The notes below the pieces were generated by a model that worked only from the letters and a program-made list of their open reading frames with translations, did no database searches and was not told where the DNA came from. A stretch of DNA of 64,000 bases from Patescibacteria group bacterium (GTDB taxonomy: Bacteria; Patescibacteriota; Patescibacteriia; Patescibacteriales; UBA12465): NCBI GenBank assembly GCA_028692765.1, contig JAQUWT010000001.1, positions 15,695 to 79,694 of the forward strand, written 5' to 3'. The translations under genes and the position numbers were made by a program. Within the stretch, counting starts at the first letter, position 1. Each line of letters starts with the position of its first letter. Shown here piece after piece: positions 24,783 through 34,182 of this stretch.

Positions 24783-26066
24783 ATGAAAAATATATCTTGG
24801 CGTCTGGCTCCGGTGGCGGGCGCTCTGGCCATTATCGCCGCCGCTTTGCTTTGGAGCGTAGACGGCCTTTTCCTCCGTCCCCAGTTTTATGTCCTTCCCG
24901 CCGCTTTAGTGGTTTTTTGGGAACACTTTTTCGGTTTTTTAGCTCTGAGTCCTTTTTTATATGTCTATCGCCGGCAAATTAGAGCTTTAAGTCGCCAGAG
25001 CTGGCTGGCAATATTTTGGATTAGTCTTTTCGGCGGCCTGGTCGGCACTTTGTTTATCACCAAAGCTTTTTTTGCCGCTTTTGCCGGCAGTGTCAGCTTT
25101 GCCACGGTCGTTATTTTGCAGAAGTTGCAGCCGATTTTTGCCTTGCTGTTAGCGCGGCTGGTTCTGAAAGAAAAATTGCCGCGCCAATTTTATTTATGGG
25201 CGGGGCTAGCGATTGCCGCTAGTTATGTCTTAGCTTTTGCCGCTTCCGGTTTGGATATAAGGGCCATCGATTGGCGCCATAGCGCCGCCTTGTTTGCCTT
25301 TATTGCCGCTTTTGCTTTCGGCTCTTCCACAGTTTTTGGCAAGCGCATCGCCAATCATTTGAATTTTCGGGCGGTAGCAGCTTTACGCTTTGCGCTTACC
25401 AGTCTTCTATCTTTAATTTTATTGCTTGCTACCGGTGCTTTTAGGAGCGATTTAATCGCCGCGTATCAATGGTGGCTTCTTCTCCTTATCGTCTTTACCA
25501 GCGGCGCCGGCGCGATGTTTATATATTATTTCGGCCTGCGCCGGGTGAGTGCCTCCGCGGCCACGATTCTGGAGTTATTCTGGCCTTTTTCCGCTCTTAT
25601 TCTTGATTATGTTTTTAATCATAACTATTTGAATTTAGCGCAGAGCCTGGCTTTTTTTGCCCTCTTGTTTGCTTTTCTAAAGGTATCGGTTCTAAGCAGG
25701 CACAGTTTGCCCTCCTTTTCTGCGCGAGTTATTCGCGGCCAAGGACGGGGCAGGGGTTTGGGCTTTCCGACGGCTAATCTTGATAGGGCGGATTTGGATA
25801 TGCCTCACGGCATCTATGCTGTCAGTGTCGGTCTGGGAGATAGGAGATATGGCGGATTGATGCATTTCGGCTTTAAAGACGTGTTTAAAGAAGATGTATC
25901 GATGGAAGTGTTTATTAAAGATTTTTCTGGAGATATCTATGGCGAAGTTTTGCAGGTTAAAGTGTTGCAGAAAATCAGGGAAGTGCGCCGTTTTGAGAAT
26001 CAAGACGAGTTGATTGCCGCTATCAATGGCGACTTGCAGGTTTTGGAGGCTTTAGGGGAGAAATAG
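24783..26066 (+). CDS. Fusion protein: N-terminal EamA/DMT-family 10-TM transporter plus C-terminal riboflavin kinase (RibF C-domain-like)
   Basis: Residues ~1-300 are a polytopic membrane domain with duplicated EamA-like halves. Residues ~310-427 (RVIRGQGRGRGLGFPTANL...HGIYAV...YGEVLQVKVLQKIREVRRFENQDELIAAINGD) match the riboflavin kinase fold (GxGRG..GFPTAN, ..E..F). Continuous ORF. Confidence 0.7.
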   Translation: MKNISWRLAPVAGALAIIAAALLWSVDGLFLRPQFYVLPAALVVFWEHFFGFLALSPFLYVYRRQIRALSRQSWLAIFWISLFGGLVGTLFITKAFFAAFAGSVSFATVVILQKLQPIFALLLARLVLKEKLPRQFYLWAGLAIAASYVLAFAASGLDIRAIDWRHSAALFAFIAAFAFGSSTVFGKRIANHLNFRAVAALRFALTSLLSLILLLATGAFRSDLIAAYQWWLLLLIVFTSGAGAMFIYYFGLRRVSASAATILELFWPFSALILDYVFNHNYLNLAQSLAFFALLFAFLKVSVLSRHSLPSFSARVIRGQGRGRGLGFPTANLDRADLDMPHGIYAVSVGLGDRRYGGLMHFGFKDVFKEDVSMEVFIKDFSGDIYGEVLQVKVLQKIREVRRFENQDELIAAINGDLQVLEALGEK

Positions 26067-26338
26067 GCCTTATCTTGACATTTTTTACATTTTAGATTAG
26101 CTTAGATATATAAGATATTATGTACATTATATTGGGTGTGGCAAGCTAAGCTTAGAACCTTATATTTCTAGCCGCTTGCGCGCGCCTCTCTTCCTAGACG
26201 GCCCTTAGTTTCATTGGTTTGTAAATGCATGGTTTGGTTAAGTTTGCCTTTTTCGGGCTGTCTTGCCTCGGCTGCCTTTAACTTATGTTATTGGCAGCTT
26301 TCTTTTTAAGCGGCTTTAAAGCTTGCTTTTTTTAATGG

Positions 26339-26369
26339 ATTAACTATAATTAATTTACTTATAGTTAAT
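26339..26369 (+). promoter_or_regulatory. 11-bp perfect inverted repeat (attaactataa-N9-ttatagttaat); candidate Rrf2-regulator operator
   Basis: Perfect palindrome arms separated by 9 nt, ending 15 nt upstream of the Rrf2 regulator start codon. Confidence 0.55.
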
Positions 26370-26383
26370 AGATATATATTATC

Positions 26384-26779
26384 ATGTTTCAAATTAACGC
26401 TAAAACCGATTATGGCTTATTGATTATGTTGCAATTAGCCAAATTACCCGGAGAAATCATGCCCCTATCGCCCTTAGCCAAACATCTGAGGGTGTCTTCG
26501 CCATATTTAAGCCAGATTGCCAATTCTTTACAGAAAGCCGGTTTAATCAAGAGCCGGGAAGGGGCCGGCGGCGGCTATTATCTCGCCCGGCCGGCGCAGC
26601 AGATAAAAGTTTCGGAAATTCTGGAGGCCTTGTCCGGGGAAATGAAGGTGCGCTGCACCCACAGCCGGAATAAGACTTGCCCGCATTTTCAGCAATGCGG
26701 CCTCAAGAGCGCCTGGCCTTTGCTTTTAAATGATATTAAGTCCAGTTTAGCCAAGAGAAGTTTGGCTTCGCTGTTATAA
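26384..26779 (+). CDS. Rrf2 family transcriptional regulator (IscR/SufR-like, Fe-S cluster-binding)
   Basis: N-terminal wHTH, GAGGGYYLARPAQQIKVSEILEA block, and C-terminal cysteines C-x7-C-x5-C (VRCTHSRNKTCPHFQQCG). First gene of the suf operon. Confidence 0.85.
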   Translation: MFQINAKTDYGLLIMLQLAKLPGEIMPLSPLAKHLRVSSPYLSQIANSLQKAGLIKSREGAGGGYYLARPAQQIKVSEILEALSGEMKVRCTHSRNKTCPHFQQCGLKSAWPLLLNDIKSSLAKRSLASLL

Positions 26780-26785
26780 AATAAT

Positions 26786-27529
26786 ATGGATTTGTTATTA
26801 GTAAAAAATTTAAGCGTTTCCGCCGGCGATAAGGAAATTTTGCATGAGCTCAGTTTCTCCGTAGCTTTGGGCGAGAGCGTTGTTATTATGGGGCCGAACG
26901 GCTCCGGTAAAAGTACTCTGGCCAAGGTCTTGATGGGCCATCCCGATTATCAAATTACCGGCGGTCAGATTATTTTTCGGGATAAGGATATAACTGCGGC
27001 TAAGCCGGAAGAAAGAGCGGCGGCGGGTTTATTTTTAGCTTTTCAGGAGCCGCGGGAGATCGCCGGTTTAGAATTGTTTCCGTTTTTATTCGATGCCTAC
27101 AAGGCTTTGCAGGCTGCCCGCGGCCAAGATGCCGGCAGTGTTTTTGCTTTTAAGGCGAAATTGGATGATGAGTTAGCGGCCTTGGATATTAAGAGCGATT
27201 GGTCTAACCGCCATTTGAATCAGGATTTTTCCGGGGGTGAAAAGAAAAAAGCCGAACTTTTGCAATTGGCGCTGGCCAATCCGGTCTTGGCAATTTTTGA
27301 TGAAATCGATTCCGGTCTAGATGTTGATGCTTTAGAGGTGGCGGGCAAAGCCATTCAACGTTTTAAGAATGGTGATAATAGTCTCTTGGCGGTCACCCAT
27401 TATCAGCGCGTTCTTAAGTATATCAAGCCGGATAGAGTTTTGGTGATGTCTAAGGGTCGGATTGCGCAGAGCGGCGGGCCGGAACTGGCCGCTCGTTTAG
27501 AAAAAGAAGGATTTGCGAGCGTTATTTAA
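26786..27529 (+). CDS. sufC: Fe-S cluster assembly ATPase SufC
   Basis: ABC ATPase with Walker A GPNGSGKST, the SufC-specific HPDYQITGG, signature LSGGEKKK, Walker B and H-loop (VTHY). Confidence 0.9.
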   Translation: MDLLLVKNLSVSAGDKEILHELSFSVALGESVVIMGPNGSGKSTLAKVLMGHPDYQITGGQIIFRDKDITAAKPEERAAAGLFLAFQEPREIAGLELFPFLFDAYKALQAARGQDAGSVFAFKAKLDDELAALDIKSDWSNRHLNQDFSGGEKKKAELLQLALANPVLAIFDEIDSGLDVDALEVAGKAIQRFKNGDNSLLAVTHYQRVLKYIKPDRVLVMSKGRIAQSGGPELAARLEKEGFASVI

Positions 27530-27534
27530 TTATT

Positions 27535-28929
27535 ATGGCTGAAGACTTAAAGTCACATGATTCCCTCTGGGATGACTATAATCAAGCCGATTACATGGCT
27601 CAAACCAAAAGCGGCCTGGACGAGGCTTTGGTGCGCCGTATTTCTGCGGAGAAAGAAGAGCCGGCTTGGATGCTGGCGAAGCGCTTGGAGTCCTTAAAGA
27701 TTTTTCAAGAAAAAGCTTTGCCGGCTTGGGGTCCGGATTTATCCCGCTTGAATCTGGATAAGATTACCTATTACGCCAAAGCGATGGAAGGGCAGGCGCA
27801 GAGCTGGGAGGATGTGCCGGCTGACATCAAAAATACTTTTGATAAGCTGGGAATTCCCAAGGCGGAGCAGGAAGTTTTAGCGGGTGTGGGCGCGCAGTAT
27901 GAATCAACCGTCGTCTATCATAATCTTAAAGCCGAGTTTAAACGCCAGGGCGTTATTTTTGAAGACATGGATTTGGCTTTAAAGAAGCACCCGGAATTGG
28001 TCGAGCCTTATTTTATGAGGGCGATGCCCAATACTCTGCATAAATTCGCCGCTTTGCACGGAGCGGTTTGGAGCGGCGGCACTTTTTTATATATTCCCGC
28101 CGGAGTGAAAATAAAAGAGCCTTTGCAAGCCTATTTCCGGATGAACGCCAAAGGAATGGGTCAATTTGAACATACCTTGATTATCGTTGAAAGCGGCGCT
28201 CAAGCGCATTATATTGAAGGTTGCAGCGCTCCCCGCTACGGCGTCGATTCTTTGCATGCCGGCGGAGTGGAAATTTATGTCAAAGAGGGTGCCCGTTTCC
28301 GCTACAGCAGCGTGGAGAGCTGGAGTAAGGATGCCTATAATTTAAATACGAAGCGGGCAATCGTGGAGAAAAAAGCGCACATGGAATGGGTGGGCGGTAA
28401 TTTCGGTAGTAACGTGACGATGCTCTATCCTTGTTCTATTCTTGTCGGCGAGGGGGCGAGCGCCGACCATCTCGGCGTCGCTTTTGCCAACGAGGGCCAA
28501 ACTCAAGATACCGGCGCCAAAGTCATCCACGCCGCTAAAGATACCAGTTCTAACATCGTGATGAAAAGTATCAGCAAGGGCGGTGGCAAGGCGATTTATC
28601 GCGGCTTGGTGGAAGTCGGTCCGCAGGCCGAAGGCGCCGCCGTCTCCGTAAAATGCGATGCCTTGATTTTAGACGAATTGTCGGTTTCCGACACGATTCC
28701 GGTAATGAAAATCAATAATCCAAGTGCCACTATCGCTCATGAAGCCAGCGCCGGCAAAATCAACGAAGAAGATTTATTCTATCTGCGCAGTCGCGGTTTG
28801 AAAGAAGCGGAAGCGGCCGCTATGCTGGTTAACGGTTTTATCGAGCCGATTACCAAGGAATTGCCTTTGGAGTATTCGGTGGAAATGAACCGGATGGTGG
28901 AATTGGAAATGGAAAATAGCGTCGGTTAA
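27535..28929 (+). CDS. sufB: Fe-S cluster assembly protein SufB
   Basis: 464 aa. Conserved C-terminal beta-helix region ..IAHEASAGKINEEDLFYLRSRGL.. Confidence 0.9.
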   Translation: MAEDLKSHDSLWDDYNQADYMAQTKSGLDEALVRRISAEKEEPAWMLAKRLESLKIFQEKALPAWGPDLSRLNLDKITYYAKAMEGQAQSWEDVPADIKNTFDKLGIPKAEQEVLAGVGAQYESTVVYHNLKAEFKRQGVIFEDMDLALKKHPELVEPYFMRAMPNTLHKFAALHGAVWSGGTFLYIPAGVKIKEPLQAYFRMNAKGMGQFEHTLIIVESGAQAHYIEGCSAPRYGVDSLHAGGVEIYVKEGARFRYSSVESWSKDAYNLNTKRAIVEKKAHMEWVGGNFGSNVTMLYPCSILVGEGASADHLGVAFANEGQTQDTGAKVIHAAKDTSSNIVMKSISKGGGKAIYRGLVEVGPQAEGAAVSVKCDALILDELSVSDTIPVMKINNPSATIAHEASAGKINEEDLFYLRSRGLKEAEAAAMLVNGFIEPITKELPLEYSVEMNRMVELEMENSVG

Positions 28930-28934
28930 TATCT

Positions 28935-29681
28935 ATGAATAATTTTTTAGAATTAAAAGCGGAAGAGGAAATCAAGCTGGCCGGCGGCCGGCCGTCTTTG
29001 TTGATAGAGCGCTGGTCTCAGAGTCCGGCTTTAGCTAAGCGTAAATTTTTTCTTGAAGCCGGCGCTGAAGCCAGCTATCTATTGATTGTCGATAAGCCTG
29101 TCGAGATTGACGCGCTTGAACGCCGGTGGCTTGTCGGCCCCGGCGCCAAAGTTAATTTATATTATCTTTTTTTGGAGCCGCTTAAAACGGAAATTAAATT
29201 TATCCATGATATCGGCGCCGGCGCTATTGTTAATAGTAATTCTTTATTTTTGGGCAATGATAATGATGATTGGCATATCCAAGCTTATTATAATTTCCAA
29301 GATAAGGACAGCTTCGGCCGGGTTAAGGTAGAGGCGTCTTTGCGCGAACAGGCGCATCTGGATTATGCCGCCAATATGAATGTGTCGCCGGCGGCGCAGA
29401 AAAGCGATACCAGAGTCGATATGCGTTTATATCTGGAGGGGAAGGCGCGCGGTCAAGTTATTCCCGGCCTTAATATCGCCGCCAATGACGTTAAAGCCGG
29501 GCACAGCGCCAGCACTTTCAAATTGGCTCCGGAAGACTTGTTTTATCTGCAGAGCCGCGGCTTGTCTCCGGCTGATATCAAAAAAATGTTAAGCTTGTCT
29601 TTGGCGAAAAATTTTATCCAGGGTTTTCCCGATGAAGCTTTAAGCAAAGAAGTCTTAGATTTAATTTCGGTTAATTTATGA
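28935..29681 (+). CDS. sufD: Fe-S cluster assembly protein SufD (short form)
   Basis: C-terminal block AGHSASTFKLAPEDLFYLQSRGL is paralogous to SufB. Positioned between sufB and sufS. Confidence 0.75.
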   Translation: MNNFLELKAEEEIKLAGGRPSLLIERWSQSPALAKRKFFLEAGAEASYLLIVDKPVEIDALERRWLVGPGAKVNLYYLFLEPLKTEIKFIHDIGAGAIVNSNSLFLGNDNDDWHIQAYYNFQDKDSFGRVKVEASLREQAHLDYAANMNVSPAAQKSDTRVDMRLYLEGKARGQVIPGLNIAANDVKAGHSASTFKLAPEDLFYLQSRGLSPADIKKMLSLSLAKNFIQGFPDEALSKEVLDLISVNL

Positions 29682-30889
29682 AAGATTATCGCTTAGATTT
29701 TCCTTTGTTGAAAAGGAAATATAATAATCAGCCCCTGGTGTATTTTGACAATGCCGCTACCGCGCCCAAGCCGCAGGCGGTGATTGCCGCCGTTAACGAT
29801 TATTACCATTTGCATAACGCCAATGTCCATCGCGGCCCTAATTTTTTATCCGAGGAAGCGACTTTATTGTATGAAGGCGCCAGGAAGAAGGTGGCCGATT
29901 TTATCGGGGCGGATAAAGAGGAAATTATCTTTACTGCCGGTACGACCGCCGGCCTTAATCTTTTGGCCAGGGCTTGGGGCGAGAATAATTTAAAAGCCGG
30001 CGATATTGTCGCTTTAAGCCGGGCCGAACATCACGCCAATATTGTTCCTTGGCTGCAGCTGAAGGAAAAGCTCGGTATTGTTTTAGAATATATCGATGTG
30101 AAGTCCGACGGCGCTTTTGACGAGCTTAGTTTGGACAAAATTTTTGACCAGCCTCGTCTGCGCGTTTTAAGCATCACTCAAGCTTCCAATGTTCTCGGCC
30201 AGTTTTATGATTTAAAATCAATCTTGGCGCGGGCGCAAGCGCGCGGAGTTTTAACGATTGTGGACGCGGCCCAAAGCATTGCCCATCGCCCGCTCGATGT
30301 CAGGTCTTTTGATTGCGATTTTCTAGTTTTTTCCGGCCATAAGCTTTTTGCGCCTGCGGGCCTCGGCGTTCTTTATGGACGCCGGGATTTATTGGACAAG
30401 CTGCCGCCGTTTTTGGGCGGCGGCGGCATGATTTCCGAGGTGAAGGAGCAGTCTTTTTCTCCTTTGGCAGACAGCCTGAAGCTGGAGGCGGGTACGCCCA
30501 ATATTGAAGGCGCTATCGCTTTGGGGGCGGCTTGCGATTATTTGCGGGAAATATCCTGGCCGGCAATAATCGAGCGAGAAGAAGTTTTAGTGGATTATTT
30601 TTTTAAGAAATTAGAGACTTGCGATTTTGTCCGTCTCTTGGGAGGAAGGTCCGGCCGTTTACCTCTTTTCGCTTTAGATCTTCAGGGTTTTCATCCTCAT
30701 GATGCCGCTGATTTGCTCGGCGAACAGGGAATTGTTACCCGCGCTGGCCATCATTGCGCCCAGCCTTTGCATGACGCTTTGGAAGTGAGCTCCAGCTTGC
30801 GCGCCAGCTTGTCTTTTTATAACACGACTGCGGAAATAGATATTTTTTTCCGGACCCTGCAGTCGATTAAAAAATCTTTTTCTTTCTAA
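29678..30889 (+). CDS. sufS: Cysteine desulfurase SufS (class V aminotransferase)
   Basis: PLP-lysine motif SGHKL and active-site RAGHHCAQP. 4-nt overlap with sufD. Confidence 0.9.
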   Translation: MKDYRLDFPLLKRKYNNQPLVYFDNAATAPKPQAVIAAVNDYYHLHNANVHRGPNFLSEEATLLYEGARKKVADFIGADKEEIIFTAGTTAGLNLLARAWGENNLKAGDIVALSRAEHHANIVPWLQLKEKLGIVLEYIDVKSDGAFDELSLDKIFDQPRLRVLSITQASNVLGQFYDLKSILARAQARGVLTIVDAAQSIAHRPLDVRSFDCDFLVFSGHKLFAPAGLGVLYGRRDLLDKLPPFLGGGGMISEVKEQSFSPLADSLKLEAGTPNIEGAIALGAACDYLREISWPAIIEREEVLVDYFFKKLETCDFVRLLGGRSGRLPLFALDLQGFHPHDAADLLGEQGIVTRAGHHCAQPLHDALEVSSSLRASLSFYNTTAEIDIFFRTLQSIKKSFSF

Positions 30890-30890
30890 T

Positions 30891-31268
30891 ATGGATATTT
30901 ACGCTAAGAACATTCTTGATCACTATCAGTGTCCGCGGCATCGGGGAGAGATGCCTTCAGCCGACGCTTGTTCGCGCGAGCTTAATCGCAGTTGCGGCGA
31001 CGAGATAACCGTTTATGTAAAAATAAAAGACGGCGTTGTAAGCGCCATCTCTTTTACGGGTAAGGGCTGCGCTATTTCCACGGCTGCCATTTCTATTTTA
31101 AGCGAAGAGCTTGTCGGCCGGAATAAGGATGAAATCTTAAAGATGGATATTGAAGATATCCGCAAGATATTGGGCATTGAAATCAGCTGGCGGCGGGAAA
31201 AGTGCGCCATTATCGGTTTGTGCGCTCTGCAGGGAGCTTTGCGCGCTTCTGAGAAAAACGCATCTTGA
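30891..31268 (+). CDS. sufU: SufU/IscU-like Fe-S scaffold/sulfur acceptor
   Basis: NifU-N-like domain with conserved cysteines in CGDEI, GKGCAIS and the C-terminal region. Confidence 0.85.
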   Translation: MDIYAKNILDHYQCPRHRGEMPSADACSRELNRSCGDEITVYVKIKDGVVSAISFTGKGCAISTAAISILSEELVGRNKDEILKMDIEDIRKILGIEISWRREKCAIIGLCALQGALRASEKNAS

Positions 31269-31861
31269 TTATGGTGTTAAATGCCCGGGCTTTGCGCCGT
31301 TTGTCTCCCGCGGAAGCGGAAAAAATTCGCGGCAAAAAATCGCGCCAAGATATTTATTTGATTTTAGAAGATGTTCTGGATACATATAATATCGGCGGAT
31401 TTTTTCGTCTAGCCGATGCGGTCGGCGCCAAAGCCGTCTATCTTTGCGGCGCCTGCGCGACGCCGCCTAATCATCGCATCGTTAAAGCTTCGGTCGGCAC
31501 TTACCAGCTTGTGCCTTGGCAATATTTTTCCGATTCGCTTGAAGCGATTAGAGAGCTTAAAACCTTAGGCGTCTCTATTTTTGCCGTTGAACAAACAAAA
31601 ACAGCCCGCGATTATCGGCGAGCTGATTACGTCGGTCCGGTCGCTTTTTTATTCGGCAATGAAAGCTACGGACTTGGGGACGAAGCTTTAGAGGCGGTTG
31701 ACGGGTGCGTGGAAATTCCGATGTATGGATTCAATAAATCTTTAAATGTAATGGTAGCGGCCGGCATCGTCCTTTACGAGGCTCTCAACCGTTTTCACTC
31801 TTTTCCTGTTCGGCGTTCAATCTTAGCCAGGCTTCTTCCTTGTCGGCGATGGCGCGCTTGA
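31265..31861 (+). CDS. TrmH/SpoU family RNA 2'-O-methyltransferase
   Basis: SPOUT knot motifs NIGGFFRLADAVGA, FGNESYGL and IPMYGFNKSLNVMVAAGIVLYE. The last ~25 codons overlap the convergent ABC-F gene. Confidence 0.8.
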   Translation: MIMVLNARALRRLSPAEAEKIRGKKSRQDIYLILEDVLDTYNIGGFFRLADAVGAKAVYLCGACATPPNHRIVKASVGTYQLVPWQYFSDSLEAIRELKTLGVSIFAVEQTKTARDYRRADYVGPVAFLFGNESYGLGDEALEAVDGCVEIPMYGFNKSLNVMVAAGIVLYEALNRFHSFPVRRSILARLLPCRRWRA

Positions 31862-33560
31862 TGTCCTCCAGTTCCTGAGTTTTTTCCGGACTATATTCCT
31901 GATAATGCTCCAAAAAATAAGTAAGCAATTCTTGCTTGTAGGCCTGCATTTTTTCCAATTCCTTTTCCAGGGATTGGATTTTTTTCTGCCTGTCTTTGTT
32001 TGCCAGATAGCGGGCGCGTTCCGCCATTTTAACTGTTTCTGCGGGAAGCCCGTTGTCCTCGGTTTGAGACCAGAGCTTTTTTTCCAGATTGATAATATAA
32101 TCATCGTAATCTTCATGGAGGCGCTTTGCCCGGCCTTGGCTTATTTCCACGATGCCGGTGGCGATTAGGCTAGAAAATGTCCGGTCATGGCTAGCAAAGA
32201 GCAGGGTGCCGTTGAATTTTTTTAAAGCCATTGCCAAGGCTTCGGTCGTTTCAAAGTCGAGATGGCAGCTGGGTTCGTCGAGCAGGAGGATGTCCGGTTT
32301 CGATAGCAAAAGTCCGGCCAGCAGCAGGCGCGAACGCTCGCCTCCGGAAAGGACGCTTATCGGTTTTTTTAATTCTTCATCGCGGAATAAAAAATCGCCG
32401 GCCATTTTTAAAACGGCTTCAGTTTTTAATTCGGCGGAAGCCAGGCGCCGCAAAAAATCTCCGGCTTGCTCCTGGCCGTTCATCATTTCCATTTCTTCCT
32501 GTCCGTGATAGGCGATGCGGCTGGCGGCGGCAAAGCGGAAAGAGCCGTTAAGGGCGGGAATGCGCCCGCTAAGAGTTTTAAGCAGAGTGGTTTTGCCTTG
32601 TCCGTTTAAACCCAGAATCACTAATTTTTCTCCGGAGCGGCAATCAAAATCAATATCGCTGACGACTGTGCTGTTACCGTAGCCGATGTCCAGATTATTT
32701 ATTTTAAGGGCGAAGTTATGGCGTTTGGCGACGGGTATCATATTTATCCTGGTGATGCCCGCTTGGTGTTCGATGCTTATTCTTTTTGTTTCCAGCTTAT
32801 TTATTTTTCGAATCATCGCTTGCGCCTGTTTGGCCTTTGAATCTTTGGAGCGGAAACGGTCGACGAATTCCTGCCAATGCTGTTGCTGCCTTTCCAAGCT
32901 TTCATTAGCTTTTATAATCGTTTCCAACTTCTTTTCTTTGAAAGCCAGATAGGCTTCAATATCGCCGGGATAGTGATAGCAGCCGTTTTTGGAAATTTCG
33001 ATAGTTTCTTTGCAGGTGCGTTTTAAGAACTCGCGGTCGTGGGAGATTATCATAAAGCTGCCGCGATAGGCTTGCAGATATTTTTCCAAAAGCAGGAGGG
33101 TGTTGAGGTCGAGATAATTGCTGGGTTCATCCAAGAGAAATATATTCGGGTCCTTCAGGAGCATGCCGCTAAGTTTCAGGCGCATGCGCCAGCCACCGGA
33201 TAGGCTGGAGGCTTCTTGCGCCAGTTTGTCCCGTCCGAGTTCGAATTTGCTGGCCAGCTGGCGGACGCGCCATTCCGGCCGGGAGCTTTGCCTTTGCAGA
33301 TAGGCCAAGGCGCTTTCATTTTCGCGCCAATCGTCATTTTGGCGGAGATAGCCGATGTTGGTTTCTTCGTTGATAATCAATTCGCCGCTGTCGCTCGCTT
33401 CTTCGCCGCTGAGGATTTTAAAAAGCGTAGATTTGCCGGCGCCGTTACGGCCGATAACACCGATTTTTTGTTTTTCGGATACGGCGAAAGAAAGGCCGCT
33501 GAATATTTTCTGGCCGCTATATTCTTTGCTCAAATTGCTGGTTTGGATAAGAATGGGCAT
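31785..33560 (-). CDS. ABC-F family ATPase (EttA/Uup-like translation factor, tandem ABC domains, no TMD)
   Basis: Two Walker A sites (GRNGAGKST, GLNGQGKTT), two LSGG signatures, an inter-domain linker, and a C-terminal coiled coil. Confidence 0.85.
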   Translation of the reverse strand: MPILIQTSNLSKEYSGQKIFSGLSFAVSEKQKIGVIGRNGAGKSTLFKILSGEEASDSGELIINEETNIGYLRQNDDWRENESALAYLQRQSSRPEWRVRQLASKFELGRDKLAQEASSLSGGWRMRLKLSGMLLKDPNIFLLDEPSNYLDLNTLLLLEKYLQAYRGSFMIISHDREFLKRTCKETIEISKNGCYHYPGDIEAYLAFKEKKLETIIKANESLERQQQHWQEFVDRFRSKDSKAKQAQAMIRKINKLETKRISIEHQAGITRINMIPVAKRHNFALKINNLDIGYGNSTVVSDIDFDCRSGEKLVILGLNGQGKTTLLKTLSGRIPALNGSFRFAAASRIAYHGQEEMEMMNGQEQAGDFLRRLASAELKTEAVLKMAGDFLFRDEELKKPISVLSGGERSRLLLAGLLLSKPDILLLDEPSCHLDFETTEALAMALKKFNGTLLFASHDRTFSSLIATGIVEISQGRAKRLHEDYDDYIINLEKKLWSQTEDNGLPAETVKMAERARYLANKDRQKKIQSLEKELEKMQAYKQELLTYFLEHYQEYSPEKTQELEDIKRAIADKEEAWLRLNAEQEKSENG

Positions 33561-33562
33561 AT

Positions 33563-34099
33563 TTATTCCGTTTCGATGCCGATGATTTTATAAATTTTTT
33601 CTTGTCCGTTAATTTGTATTTTAATTTCTTCTCCCAATTTTTTTCCGAGCAGGCCGGCGCCGAGCGGGGAATTATGGGAAATAATGCCATCGGCGGGATT
33701 GCTTTCGCTGGCGCCGAGAATGGTATATTGCTTTTCTTTGCCCGCGCTGACGATGGTGACTTTGTGGCCGATTTTGACCGAGTCGATATCTCTATCCGGC
33801 AGGATTATCTCGGCGCGCTTGAGCAGATTCTCCAAATCTAAAATACGCTGGTTCAGGCCGCGTAATCTGCCTTTGGCTAATTGATAGCCGGCATTTTCGG
33901 AAAAGTCGCCCATTTCCGCCAGCCTTTTTACTTCCGCCGCTTCTTGCGGATGGCGCGCTTTCAAGCGGGCAAGCTTGTGCTGCAATTCTTCATATTTTTT
34001 TGGACTGAGATGATAGTCGGTGGCGGTAAAAAGACGGGCATCGCCTTTACGTTTAGGTAATTGCATAAGATTGATGATTATAGCTTTATAATAAGACAT
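33563..34099 (-). CDS. greA: Transcription elongation factor GreA
   Basis: GDFSENAGYQLAK acidic finger-tip motif and the FKBP-like C-domain. The true start may be the internal M at about 34066. Confidence 0.85.
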   Translation of the reverse strand: MSYYKAIIINLMQLPKRKGDARLFTATDYHLSPKKYEELQHKLARLKARHPQEAAEVKRLAEMGDFSENAGYQLAKGRLRGLNQRILDLENLLKRAEIILPDRDIDSVKIGHKVTIVSAGKEKQYTILGASESNPADGIISHNSPLGAGLLGKKLGEEIKIQINGQEKIYKIIGIETE

Positions 34100-34182
34100 G
34101 CACCTTTGAAAGGCAATATTTATGGCTGGCGTTTCTTATTTTAACAAAAGATGCTAAAATTATATTAAATCAATCTATTTTT

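Noticed and set aside
32152-33593. Several 60-125-aa plus-strand ORFs
   Set aside because: All are antisense within the ABC-F ATPase gene. Their Arg/Ser-rich translations are typical of GC-rich antisense frames.
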